Assembly (NCBI GenBank): GCA_951406725.2
Contig: OX597831.1
Coordinates: 80,662,001 to 80,726,000, forward strand
Source of the DNA: Octopus vulgaris
Lineage: Eukaryota
Reading direction: 5' to 3'
Length of the DNA stretch: 64,000 nucleotides
Below, piece after piece: positions 12,830 through 24,730 of this stretch. Each line of letters opens with the position of its first letter. The first letter of the stretch is position 1. The position numbers were made by a program, and so were the translations under genes. The notes beneath the pieces were generated by a model that saw only the letters and a program-made list of their open reading frames with translations, was not told the origin of the DNA and did not search any database.

Positions 12830-13330
12830 AGCGGCTAACTGGCTTCCATGCCAGTGGCACATAAAAGGGCACCATTCGAGTGTGATCATTACCAGCGTCA
12901 CCTTACTGGCACCTGTGCTGGTGGCATGTGTAAAAAGATTCAAGTGAGGTCATTGCCAGTACTGCCTGACTGGCACCCACTACATTCTCGGAGTGGTTGG
13001 CATTAGGAAGGGCATCCAGCTGTAGAAACTCTGCCAGATCAAGATTGGAGCCTGGTACAACCATCTGGTTCGCCAGCCCTCAGTCAAAATCGTCCAACCC
13101 ATGCCAGCATGGAAAGTGGACATTAAACGATGATGATGATGTTTGGTGAGCATGTAAAAGCACCCTTCACATTCCTGGAGTGGTTGGCATTAGGAAGAGC
13201 ATCCAGCTGTAGAAACACTGCCAAATCAGACTGGAACCTGGTGCAGTGCTTTGGCTCATCAGCTCCAGTCAAACCATTTAACCCATGGCAGCATGGAGAG
13301 TGGATGTTAAATGATGATGATGGTGATGAT
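12830..13330 (+). mobile_element. Two tandem family C (RTE 3' UTR) copies
   Basis: GGAGTGGTTGGCATTAGGAAGRGCATCCAGCTGTAGAAAC..CCATGSCAGCATGGA..(GAT)n twice. About 20 copies window-wide (22300, 26690-27630, 31930, 32290, 35090, 37965, 39150, 42378, 45160, 47185, 49770, 51700, 58170). Confidence 0.85.
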
Positions 13331-13422
13331 GATTTGGCTGAAAATTAGTGAGTTCTAGCCTTAAATTAGCCCTGGCTCTTTCAGATTCAGTTTGTTAATA
13401 ATTTAGCACCCTTTATGCAAGA

Positions 13423-13820
13423 AGGCCTGTGGTTTAGGGGTTAGGGTATTCAGTTGATGATTATAAGGTCGTGAGTTCGATTCCTGGTTATGCCTTGTGT
13501 CCTTGAGCAAGACACTTTATTTCACGTTGCTCCAGTCCACTCTGCTGGCAAAACTGAAGATTGACGAATGGTTAATAAGGGCTGTACAGGCCCTTTACAG
13601 AGAGGCTGTTAGTAAGGTTAGGATTGGCAATGAGTTGTACGTGTATTTCAAAGGGGCCGGCCTTGTCACACTCTGTGTCATGCTGAATCTCCCTGAGAAC
13701 TACATTAACAGTACACATGTCTGAGGAGTACTCAGCCACTTGTATGTTAATTTCATGAGCAGGCTGCTCTCTTAATTGTATTTACTGGATCACTTACTGT
13801 TGTAACCAAAAGAGAGCCAG
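13423..13820 (+). mobile_element. Hybrid SINE (E-like head, D-type tail) with an inserted RTE fragment
   Basis: Central block as in 3290-3600 and tail as in 1225-1410; 13551-13634 encodes KLKIDEWLIRAVQALYREAVSKVRIGNE. Confidence 0.75.
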
Positions 13821-14624
13821 CCACCTCCCTTAATGCTCAAAATCATTTTAGGTGTTTATCAACCCCTTGGGTAGCTACATAGGCACCCACCCAAGGGTCA
13901 ATATTGGCCACTTTGCTGTTGTCCCCTGTTCTATAGATTTATTTGAACTTGTGGAAATAGTAGTTAAATCTCTCTCAGAATCATTCATATCAACATGAGA
14001 AAGGAAGGACACATTGTATAAAGCAGTCCAAGATACACTGTGTCAAAAACAAAAGAAAACAAAAGACATTCATAACCATAACACTTTTAATCATCGATCT
14101 GCTTTGTCAATGTTGACCTTGGATTGAGCAACAACAATGTACACCAAGCGTTGGCATTGATATTGCCCTAAACAATTAATTACCTAGTATTTTATTGATT
14201 TATTGCAATAGAAACAGCTCTGATCTGTTGCTTTAATTAGCTGGAGGAGAAGAAGGGGCAGAGTCCAAAATGCTATCAGTTTTTCATTCCAATAAGTAAT
14301 TTCAGGGTAAATACGTTGTTTTGTGACATTCGGAGGTCGGCTGTTGATGAGAGATCTGTTGTCAAACCAATTTGTTATTTGGCTTTTGTTTCTCTCCCAG
14401 ACAACAACAGTTATTTTTGGCCAAATTCCATTCCTATATCCTGTGACTATGTGTTAAGTAGGTTAAGGTGATTACAACAAGGTCAGCAAGAGGAGGAGGA
14501 AACGGTAAGATTCTTTGATTGACAGAATCGGGAGAGCTTCAGGGAAAAATGCCTTGCAGTATTTCATTATGTCTTATGTTCTGAGTTCAAATCTGACCTC
14601 CCTATGTGTATATATATATAAGGG

Positions 14625-14925
14625 ATGACCACTAGGTGGACTCCTAATATGCTAAATGTAGACCCCGTATGGTCTGACCACTAAGAAACGACAGAACGTA
14701 AAGCGGGCAAGACAAATGAAAAGATACAAAATATAATGATTAGTCACATACCAGGGTTCATCGTTACCATTTACATTAGCATATTGGGAGTCCACCTAGT
14801 GGTCATTCATTTTATATGTATTTAATATAATTTTCTGAATCTTCAGACTTTTTCAATATGCTAGGCCACTGGTTTAAATTGATATTAATCTAATTAATAT
14901 CAATTTTTTACCTTTATTATTTAAA
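14625..14925. repeat. Fold-back repeat next to (TA)n
   Basis: 14625-14660 is the inverted complement of 14772-14806; the tail resembles 61040-61120. Confidence 0.8.
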
Positions 14926-14929
14926 TTTA

Positions 14930-14973
<44 letters not shown>

Positions 14974-15030
14974 TAGATAGATGGATAAAACTTACTTGGA
15001 AGTGGATGCATGGCATTTGATCATATAACA

Positions 15031-15078
<48 letters not shown>

Positions 15079-15079
15079 A

Positions 15080-15297
15080 TGAGGGAGTGCTGAGAAGTTC
15101 CTGGCTTTGGGTCAAAGAAAATAGAGGAGGATGAGTTAATTGTGAGTTTATTCAACATATTCCCCTCTCAGATTCACACATTTATTGCAGTGGTCCTTCA
15201 GTTTTTCTAAGTCCTATAAAAGAACTCAGAAGGTTGGGCCTACGACCGGGCCCTTTGCAATACCCCTTAAAGCCAGGAACTTTTCAGCACCCCTTCA
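15080..15297. mobile_element. mariner-type MITE
   Basis: TA|TGAGGGAGTGCTGAGAAGTTCCTGGCTTT ... AAAGCCAGGAACTTTTCAGCACCCCTTCA|TA. Confidence 0.88.
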
Positions 15298-15689
15298 TAT
15301 ACACATATGCATACACACACTTATAAATATCCATCAACACAGACACATGTATATGTAACATATACACACACAAATTTAATACATAGATACACAAATAATG
15401 TACCACACACACACACACACACACTATACATATAACGTACACACGAACAAAAGGTACACGTTTACCACACTCACACACAGCCTCGCACTCTACACGCAAC
15501 ATACACACACATGTACAATGATTTGTTTTTATCAATCCATACACCCGCACACACATACCTAAATACCTACCTACACACCTGTGCACACGCGCATGTTCCC
15601 TCCCACACGTGGCGATCAGTTTCCAATGGTTACCGAGCTGCATTGCATTAAGAGCACAGGTATTTCAGATTAAGGTAAATACTCTGACG

Positions 15690-16320
15690 GGTGGGGCGTG
15701 GAGGTGACAATGGTGGTGGCGGGGATGGCGATGGAAGTGGTGGTAAATTGTATTCGTTGTGGTGATGATGATGATGATGGTAGTGGTGATTGAGGTTGGG
15801 TAGTCGATAGGTGTAGAGGTGATCATGATGATGAAGGTGGTGGTGGTGGTGGTAGTAGTAGTAATGGTTGAGACTATTAGAGGTGGTGGTTGTGGGGGGG
15901 GGAGGGGCAGCAGTTGTGATAGAGAATGAGATTTGACAGCAGTACTGAAAGTGGTGGGGCGTGGTGGTGGGGGCAATATTAGTGATGACCGACCGCCTGG
16001 TCATAAGGAGTTGAAGCTGGGGAAATAAAGACGATTGGGTTATGTTATGTCACCATATCAATGACGTAACACCCCCACCACCATCACAACCACCACTACT
16101 ACAACCACCACAACCATAACTACTACTACTACTACTACCTTCATCACCACTATCGCCATCACCACCAGTCATATCAACTACCAATACCACAACCACCACC
16201 ATGACTATCAACATCCCCACAACCACCACCACCACTGCTACCATCATAAACAACAACAACACTACCCCACCCCCACCACCGCCTCCATAGCTACAACACA
16301 AGTGCAACTTCAATAACAGC
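15690..16320. repeat. Degenerate (GGT/GAT)n and (ACC)n low-complexity tracts
   Basis: Direct reading. Confidence 0.85.
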
Positions 16321-17319
16321 TTCTAATAAAGGCAGAAACGTTAACATACTGGACGTTCTGAGTTCAAATTCCGCTGAGGTCGACTTTACCTTTCATTCTT
16401 TCAGGGGCAATGAAATAATACCAGTTATGCACTCGGGTTGATGTAATCGACTTAATCCCTTTGTCTGTCCTTGTTTGTCCCCTCTATGTTTAGGCTCACA
16501 CCCCCCCATGCGCAACAAAGAAATAAATAACTTTTCTAATTTAGAGATATGATCAGCACTGTTGACAGGTGGTGGGGTGGGGCATAGTTGATGCTATCCC
16601 CAGTACATGACTGGTACTTTAATTGACTTCGAAGGGATGAAGGACAAAGTCGATTGACTGTAGGTATTTATGATAGACGTGGCACACTCCCACTGCATGG
16701 CCTCTTGAGCAAGTTTCTCTAAATACAGGTATATGGTTTTAGGTTCAGTTCCACTGCGTGGTACCTTGGTCAGGTGTCTATAGGTGTGGGTGTGGCTCTG
16801 TAGTTAAGAAGTTTCCTTCTCAATCACATGGTCCCAGGTTCAGCTCCACTGCATGGCACCTGGACAGGTGTCTTTCGCTGCAGAAGGGGCTGAGTTCTGG
16901 AGAAGCTTCCTTCCCAATTGTGTGCATGGCCAACTGCGTGGTGCCTTGGGCTGGTGTTTTCTGCTATAGCTCTGGGCTGATCAAAGCCTTGTGAGTGATT
17001 GTGGTTGATGGAAACTGAAAAAAGCCCAGCTTGTGTGTGCATGCATGTGTATATGTCTGTGTTGGGGGGGGTGGAGTTGTATTTTGCATGTCCTCCCCCT
17101 GCACGTGTTTTCAGTGGTTGTAAACAATGACCCTTGGCTTGTTGTCCATCGTGAAAGCATATCTGGGCTTCTTGACATATGTGGACATGTTGTATGATCA
17201 TTCTAAACAAAAGGCCCATTCATTAGGTGTCGTTTGTTTCCAGTTCTCCACACAAACATGTCTGAGATGTTTGTTGTTTAATAAACTGGGAGATTTATTA
17301 ACTCACTTAGAATCAAGTG

Positions 17320-17350
<31 letters not shown>

Positions 17351-18032
17351 GGTGGTGGTGGTGAGGTGCAGTTGGCCCCAGGAAGGGCCTCTGGCCATGA
17401 AAAACTCTGCATCAATGCACTTTTGTCAGAACCATCCAAGCATGGATAAGTAGATGTTGAAATGATTACGATGATGATGAGGAGGATGAGGATGCTATTG
17501 TCTGTCTGGCGTGATGTAACATCTACCTGGCTGCCAGACTGCCTCTGATTTATCACTCTTAATCGGAAGTTGCTCGTTTAAAAACGAAAAGTACATCGAA
17601 AAACAAAAGGAAAAAAAAAACACTGAGCGAACAAAAGTAACACAGACAAACAGACAGACAAACAAACATAAATGGTAAAAATAAATAAAACAATAATCAT
17701 TAGTCTTTGTAAAACATTGAGAAGAGAGGCGAAGGTAGCAGCCAGGTGAACAAAAACACAAAAATAACCAGAGCAAGGAAAAAAAAGGCAAAAAATGAAC
17801 TAAAAATAATTACCACCAAAATACCTTCTCTTTCCTCCCCCCCCTCCCTATTAGCAAAAAACAAAAATACCCAAAAAACATGTAAGAAATTAGAAGAGAA
17901 TTGGAAAAAAAAAAGCAAAGAAAAGGAAGAAAAGAAAAAAACAACAGGAAGTAAAGAAATAATTATTTTCTTTTTGATTTTTTTAAAAAAATATTTTAAA
18001 ATTACGTAAAAAGACTAAAGAAATATAATTGT

Positions 18033-18033
18033 T

Positions 18034-18065
<32 letters not shown>

Positions 18066-18319
18066 ACAAATACACTCATTTAAATATGTATATATATGTG
18101 TGTGTGTGTATATATATATGTGTGTGTATGTATGTATGTGTGTATATATATGTATGTGTGTATATATGTGAGTGTATATATATGTATGTGTGTATATATA
18201 TAAATGTATGTATGTGTGTGGGTGTATATATATATGTGTGTGTGTGTATATGTGTGAGTATACATATATAAGTGTGTATATATATGTATATGTGTATATA
18301 TATGTATATTTTGTATGTA

Positions 18320-18368
<49 letters not shown>

Positions 18369-18515
18369 ATATATATACACATATATATATCTGTATATGT
18401 ATGTTTGCGTGTGCATGCATATGTCTGTACGTATGTATATATTTGAATGCTATGTATATAACTATGTAAACATGCGTATATATATGTATGTGTGTGTGTG
18501 TGTGTGTGTATGTTT
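18033..18515. repeat. (CA)n/(TA)n/(TG)n compound microsatellite
   Basis: Direct reading; similar tract at 18860-19000. Confidence 0.95.
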
Positions 18516-18965
18516 GCCTGCATGTATGAATCGTAATAAATCCTAAATGTGAGAATGTACTCTTTATTCTTGCATTTAGAAGACAAACCAATTAAACTGT
18601 GCGGATTAGTCACTGACATGTTGTTATGCAAGACACTAATCATGCTTCGCTAATTACCTATTTCCACCGTAGCAATTACTCTGCTTGTATTCCCCCTCCC
18701 CTTCCTTTTATTCCCTCTTCCCCTCCCCCTTCTCTTTTCCCCACCGCCACATTTCCTCACCAATTAGTCTCTTCTCTTTCTGTGGATCACCTCATTCTTT
18801 TGAGTTCAACTTCGCTTCGCTGATTCGCAGGTGTGTACAGGTGTGTTTGTTTGTATGAATATATATATATATGTATGTATGTATGTATGTATATATTTAT
18901 GTATGTATGTATATATGTATGTGTATATGTATATATGTATGTATACATGTATGTATGTATACATG

Positions 18966-18997
<32 letters not shown>

Positions 18998-19002
18998 TAT
19001 AT

Positions 19003-20192
19003 GATTTTGATTTTGATTTTTCCAGTTTCAGCTCATGAGCTGTGGCCATGCTGGGGCACCGCCATTTGGTTTGCTACATGATTTTACCTCACGAATGCTT
19101 TTTAGCAACCTGCCATTTGGTGCATGAGAGAGTTCGATGCAGCTGCCCTCATCTGCCCCTCCTGCCGTGAAGTTGGTTCATCCGGGACACCTGACAGGAA
19201 GAGATCCAGTCCTACTTTAAAGACATCCGCATCTACACCATGCAGGTCCCTCAGGTTCTTCGGGAGGATATTGAAGAGCTGTGGGCCTCTGAAGCCCAGG
19301 CTATCACAGTATCTTGTCCTACATCTTGATGGCAAATTTGGAGTCCTTGGTACCATGCAGTGGCACCCGGTTCTGGCATTTGTGTGACTCTCGATGCCAA
19401 AGTTTGAGACAAGTCCTTCCAGGATCTTCCAGATATATATTATGGCATATCTTTCTCGCCTACGCTCCAAGGACTAGAGTTTTAATCTCTTGAGTCTTTC
19501 CCAGTAGCTTATATGCTGCACAGAGGCTATCTTCTTCGTGTAGCTTCATTGGATCGCCTCAAGTTCTGTGATCAACTTGACACTGGATGGTGACCATAGC
19601 TGAGAGCAACAGTCAAAGTGGCTTAGGACAAGTGTCTTCCAGAGGACCATCATGGTTTCTTATTCTCTTGTTCTAAAGGTTCTAAGAATCCATCCGGCCA
19701 GCCGTCTACATTTCATTGCCAGTTTAGCAACATGTACATGAAAGGTTGCGTCATCACTCATGTGAATACCCAGGTCACGCACTGATTGTGCCTCTGGGAT
19801 TGCAATCCCTCCGGGTCCAGTGTTTTCATTGGGTATTGCATTCAGTTTTGCATGCTGATAGCATAAAGCTTGAAACTTTTCAGCATTGAACTGCATGCTA
19901 TTCTGTTCAGCCCACTTGTATTTTTTGTCGAGCTCACATTGCAGGTGCTTTGTGTCTTCAGGGTTCTGTATTTCCTGTGAAACTTTTGTATCATCTGCAT
20001 AACTTGTGATCATGGCTCTCTGCATGGCTGAGGGCATGTCTGAGAGGGCCATTATGAACAGTAGCAGTCCCAAAACAGTGCCCTGCGGAACACCGCTCAC
20101 TATTTTTGTGTTAATGGAAGTGGCCCCATTGGCTACTACCACCTGACTTCTATCTTTCAGAAAGTCGTGAAGCCATTCTCCCAATTTTCCTG
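19003..20192 (-). mobile_element. CR1-group LINE, 5'-truncated, with 3' UTR
   Basis: SGVPQGTVLG, YADDTK, RDLG, ERRRERY, GPQLFNILP; (TCAAAA)n tail; stops and frameshifts. Confidence 0.93.
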
Positions 20193-20261
20193 TGCCGAGT
20201 TTTGTTGCTCTACTATTATGGGAAGTGGGTCAGGGGCATTACTTATTGAACACCCCTCGTA
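20193..20261 (-). mobile_element. Isolated mariner-type terminal fragment
   Basis: Minus strand TA|CGAGGGGTGTTCAATAAGTAATGC resembles a mariner TIR and interrupts the LINE frame after ..RERYAVIY. Confidence 0.65.
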
Positions 20262-21300
20262 TATCACCGCATATCTCTCCCGCCTCCGCTCTATGGAGAA
20301 GAGGTTTAATACCTTCAGTCTTTCCCCGTAGCTGATATTTTGCATTGAGATGATTTTCTTTGTGTAGCTTCTCTGAATTGCTTCGAGTTCTGCTTTTAGT
20401 TTTATATTGTGTGGTGACCATAGTTGGGAGCAGTAGTCCAAGTGGCTGAGGACGAATGTTTTCCATAGGACCATCAGTGTCTCCTTCTCTTTTGTTCTGA
20501 AAGTTTGGAGAATCCATCCAGCTAGCCGTCTGCATTTTATCACCAGATTAGCAATATGCACTTGGAAAGATGCATCATTGCTCATGTCAATGCCCAGGTC
20601 ACACACTGATTTTGACTCAGGGATTGCAATTCTTCCTGGGTCAGTGTATCCAGTCTGCATGTTGTTTACCTTTGTGTGCCAGTAGCGCAGGGCCTGGAAC
20701 TTACCTGCATTAAACTGCATGTTGTTGTCCTCAGCCCACCTGTATATTGTGTCCAACTCCTGTTGCAGATGCGCAATATTTTCAGGGTTTTGTATTGCGT
20801 GGGAGACTTTTGTGTCATCTGCATAGCTAGCAAGGGTGGTCATCGTAGCAACTGAAGGCATGTCTGAAAGGGCCACTATGAACATTAGTGGCCCTCAAGA
20901 CAGTGCCCTGTGGGACACCGCTTGTTATTTGTGTTTCCTTGGAGGTGGCTCCATTGCTCACAACTGCCTGTTTTCTGTCTTTTAGGAAGTTGTGCAGCCA
21001 CTCTCCAAGTTTTCCGCCTATGCCGAGACCACGCAGTTTGTGACAGATCATATCATGGTCGACTTTATCAAAGGCTTTTGCAAAGTTGAGATATATCACA
21101 TCTACATTTGAGCCATTTAGTAGTTGTTTCAACACCCAGTCATAGTGTTGCAGGAGCTGTGTAAGGCAGCTTCTACCTGGTCGAAATCCATGCTGGGTGT
21201 CAGACAGCAAGTCATTTTCTTCAAGGAACATGATTAGTTTCTTACGGACTATTCGTTCCATGACTTTGCTGATGTGTGAGGTCAGAGAGATAGGCCTATA
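20262..21300 (-). mobile_element. Second CR1-group LINE RT fragment (diverged paralog)
   Basis: YRPISLTS, QHGFRPGRSC, LNFAKAFDKVDH, SGVPQG, YADD, LDYCSQLWSP; one frameshift near 20890. Confidence 0.93.
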
Positions 21301-21389
21301 ATGTTTATATAATAGGTTCTACCAATTATAGATTTGATAGGGTTGCCTGGCTTTTCAACAACCTTAATTCTTAGCTTAAGTTTGTCTAG

Positions 21390-21842
21390 GTTGTTGAAAA
21401 GCCAGGCAATCCTATCAAATCTATAATCGGTAGAACCTATCCTTTTAGTAGAACCCCCTGTACGGATAAGTACTGTACTGTATGTAGATTTAGCCCACAA
21501 ACTAACTGTAAAGCCAGAAATGTAGTCTATAGTATAAGATGTATAGAGGGACGATGCAGTAACAAGACAACGACATACGTAGGGGAAACGGCAAGAAGCA
21601 TAGGAGAGCGGGTAAATGACCATTGGAGACAACTCAAGGAAGGTAATAGCTCATCGATTCTGTACCAACACGCCGAACAGGAACACGGGGGATCAATCAA
21701 TAACATAGAAATTAAAATATTGTCCACACATAGATCAGATGCAACAATTAGAAAAATTACAGAAGCTACACACATAATAGAAAATAAACCTAGCCTGAAT
21801 AGAAAACTAGAATGGAACACTAGCACACACCACACCATATGA
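21390..21842 (+). mobile_element. Penelope-like element: Cys-rich linker + GIY-YIG endonuclease (5'-truncated open frame)
   Basis: Manual translation: VVEKPGNPIKSIIGRTYPFSRTPCTDKYCTVCRFSPQTNCKARNVVYSIRCIEGRCSNKTTTYVGETARSIGERVNDH..ILYQHAEQEH..RKITEATHIIENKPSLNRKLEW*. No start codon, so absent from the ORF track. Confidence 0.88.
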
Positions 21843-22096
21843 CGATAGAGGATCCCGAAAACATAATAAATACAAAGATAAATAAACAAATAGAAATAAA
21901 TAACTATATATATATTTTTTTTTCGAATCGATTTATTATTATTATTACTAGTATTGTTGTTATACATACATACATACAAGCATATGTAATGATGATAATA
22001 AGTGGATGTAAACACATGTACAAAATAAGAATAAACAAAAACAACAACAACAAAAGCAAAATGCAAATTACATGAACGTATATAAACATATATATA

Positions 22097-22245
22097 TATA
22101 GGGAGAGTTCACGAAAAAACAAGAGACGAAGACAGGTGGTGTAGGAAACAAACAGATGTTTTAGTATAATGATCGGGAATTGAAAAAGTTTCAAACAAGG
22201 AAAGAAAAAATGTGTGTAGGGGCTATCGATCTATCATGGCAACTA
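22097..22245. repeat. (TA)n-anchored repeat F, internally deleted
   Basis: Matches 58731-58915 but lacks its hammerhead segment. Confidence 0.8.
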
Positions 22246-22504
22246 TATATACACATATATATATATACACATATATACATATATATATATATATATCTCA
22301 TCATCATTGTTTAACGTCTGCTTTCCATGCTGGCATGGATTGGACGATTTGACTGAGGGCTGGCAAACCAGATGGCTGCACCAGGCTCCAATCTTGATCT
22401 GGCAGAGTTTCTACAGCTGGATGCCCTTCCTAATGCCAACCACTCTGAGAGTGTAGTGGGTGCTTTTACATGCCACCAGCACGAGGGCCGTTCAGGCGGT
22501 ACTG

Positions 22505-22662
22505 GCAATGCATATACGGGTACAGGATGTCACCAATGGTGCAAACAACATGAAATACGTAAACAACGAGAAAAAATGGAAAACAGGACAAGTAAGCACA
22601 GAGAGAGAAAGGACCCTTCATCAGTTGTCGACTGTCTTTCTACTCCTCATTTCGAGTATTCA
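22505..22662 (-). repeat. Putative Penelope-type terminal-repeat fragment with partial hammerhead motifs
   Basis: Minus strand CTCGAAATG...CAACTGATGAAGGG. Confidence 0.35.
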
Positions 22663-22674
22663 GTGACAATATGA

Positions 22675-22995
22675 GTTATGATGATGATGGGGAACAAAGT
22701 GATGATGATGATGATTATGGTGATGAATGTGAAGATAATAATCATCATGATGAGGTTGATTGTGATTATGATAGCAAAGGATATGATGTTGATGATGTTC
22801 ATGGAAGACCATTACTATAATAGCGACCGTTATGACAATGATGATTATAATAGTGATTGTCTCTATGGTGATGTTGCTTATGATAATAATACCCAATATT
22901 ATGAGTGATGTTAATAATTATGATGATGATGATGATGATTGCATTAATGGTCTTCATTATTCTTGTTGTTGTTGTTGTTGTTGTTATTATTATAA
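22675..22995. repeat. (GAT/AAT/GTT)n low-complexity tract
   Basis: Direct reading. Confidence 0.85.
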
Positions 22996-23521
22996 TAGTT
23001 TTATATTTTGTAGAGTACATCATTTTTGCCGCAAGTCTGTAGATATTATCACTAAGGAATTTCATTCCACAGAAGCAATCAACTGAATAAGCTTTATTGA
23101 TTTTTGTTCTAATATGAAGATTAAAAAGAAGAGAAAAAAAATCGGTAGTTTTTCTGGTTTACCAGAATTATAAGCTTTCTATGTGGTTGTAATTTTAGAG
23201 TAGAATTGGTTAAAAAAATAAAATAAAATAACAATACTGAGATGCATATTTCTAAAAAAAAAAAAAAAAAAGAAGAGGTTTCTAACTTAGGCACAAAACT
23301 AGAACTGTTTACCAAAATGAATAGTCAATTAAATGAAATTCCAGTTGTTGACTGATATCTTATTTATTGGTGGGAAGAGCCACCAGGAAGAAGAATGGAA
23401 ACAAGGTGGATCCTGGCAAAATTTGCCCCTAGAAAATGTAAGAATTCAACAGAATACTACATGAGGCATTTGGTCTTTCGTGCTTCCATTCCTGGCAATT
23501 TTAACAAATAATACAAACAAT

Positions 23522-23910
23522 AATGATTTCTTTTATTGGCCACAAGGGCCCAGGACATGGAGGACATCAAAGGACATGTTACAGCACAGGAAAACAAAAT
23601 GCAAAAACAGGTGATAGTGGGGTCACATTGATCGAAAGGAGACACTGCCACATTAAAGGATATAACAAAGGATATATAATAGAAAGTAGGGAAATAAAAA
23701 ATAAATAAACAAATAAATAAAATCCTTAATAGCGAGGCAGTCCACTTAGGATAATCTGGGGTCAACCCCACACAGAAATCCTGGATTACTCTGCCATCCC
23801 AAAGCATGGGAAAGTTCCCTCTTCCAGTTTCTTTCCTCCTGCTTAGAAAAACATATTCAGAGTCAGTCCATTCGGTCTCACCAGTCTTGCCACTGTTGAC
23901 CACCTTTTGA
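23522..23910 (-). mobile_element. Tx1-like LINE 3' end, related subfamily
   Basis: Minus-strand terminus GCCCTTGTGGCCAATAAAAGAA is identical to 9861-9882. Confidence 0.7.
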
Positions 23911-24396
23911 TAAACACACTAGAGGGCAGCAAAGTTTTGGTGGGAAGGGTGGATGGGTGGGGGATAATCAGTTAAACTGACCACAGTGTTCAACTGGTAC
24001 ATTATTTCGTTGACCCCCCCTCAGAAGGATGAAAGGCGAAGTTGACCTCATGAAAATAATAATAAGGGTTTCAAATTTTAGGGGCAGCGTAAGTTGATTA
24101 TATCGACTCAAGGGCCTCACTATATTATTGGCCCTGAAAAGATGGAAGGTAAAGTTGATCAAGGCAATAATAATCCTTTCTACTGGAAGCACAAGGCCTC
24201 AAATTTTGGGGGAAGGGATTAAGTTGATTACACTGACCCCAGTGTGTAACTGGTACTTATTAGTTGACCTCAGTGGAATTAAAACTTGGAATGTTGTGGC
24301 AGATGAAATATCGCTAAGCATTTTGCCCAGTGTGCTAACAATTCTGCCAGCTTGCTGCCTACACTACTACTACTAATAATAATAACAACAACAACA

Positions 24397-24730
24397 ACAA
24401 GAGCTCCCAGAGAGCGCAAACCCCCACCAAGGCAACACTAACATCCTCTCAATGATTAGTCGGAGATGATTTTTAAAATGAGAATATCTGAAATAAACTC
24501 GACTGCTCTCACAAATGAGAATACTAAAGATGAACCCAACCGCTCTCAAGCATTAAGTAAAAATAAACAGTTAAAATAATCCAGAATCCTTGTCCGGTAC
24601 CGGATCGATCTCTGAAAGTTTCATCCGAATCCATCCAGCAGTTCTTGAGGTATCTTGTCCATAGACAAACAAATAAAGAAACAAACATGACTAGAAACAA
24701 AACATGTACCTTAACGAAGGCAGAGGTAAT
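24397..24730. mobile_element. Repeat G (Helentron/HINE-like), longer copy
   Basis: AACAAGAGCTCCCAGAGAGCGC start, internal (CAAA)n, terminal palindrome ..GAAGGCAGAGGTAA; matches 4410-4642. Confidence 0.6.

Noticed and set aside
20157-20885. 242-aa RT ORF as a functional gene
   Set aside because: Chimera of LINE, mariner end and out-of-frame LINE; truncated and frameshifted upstream.
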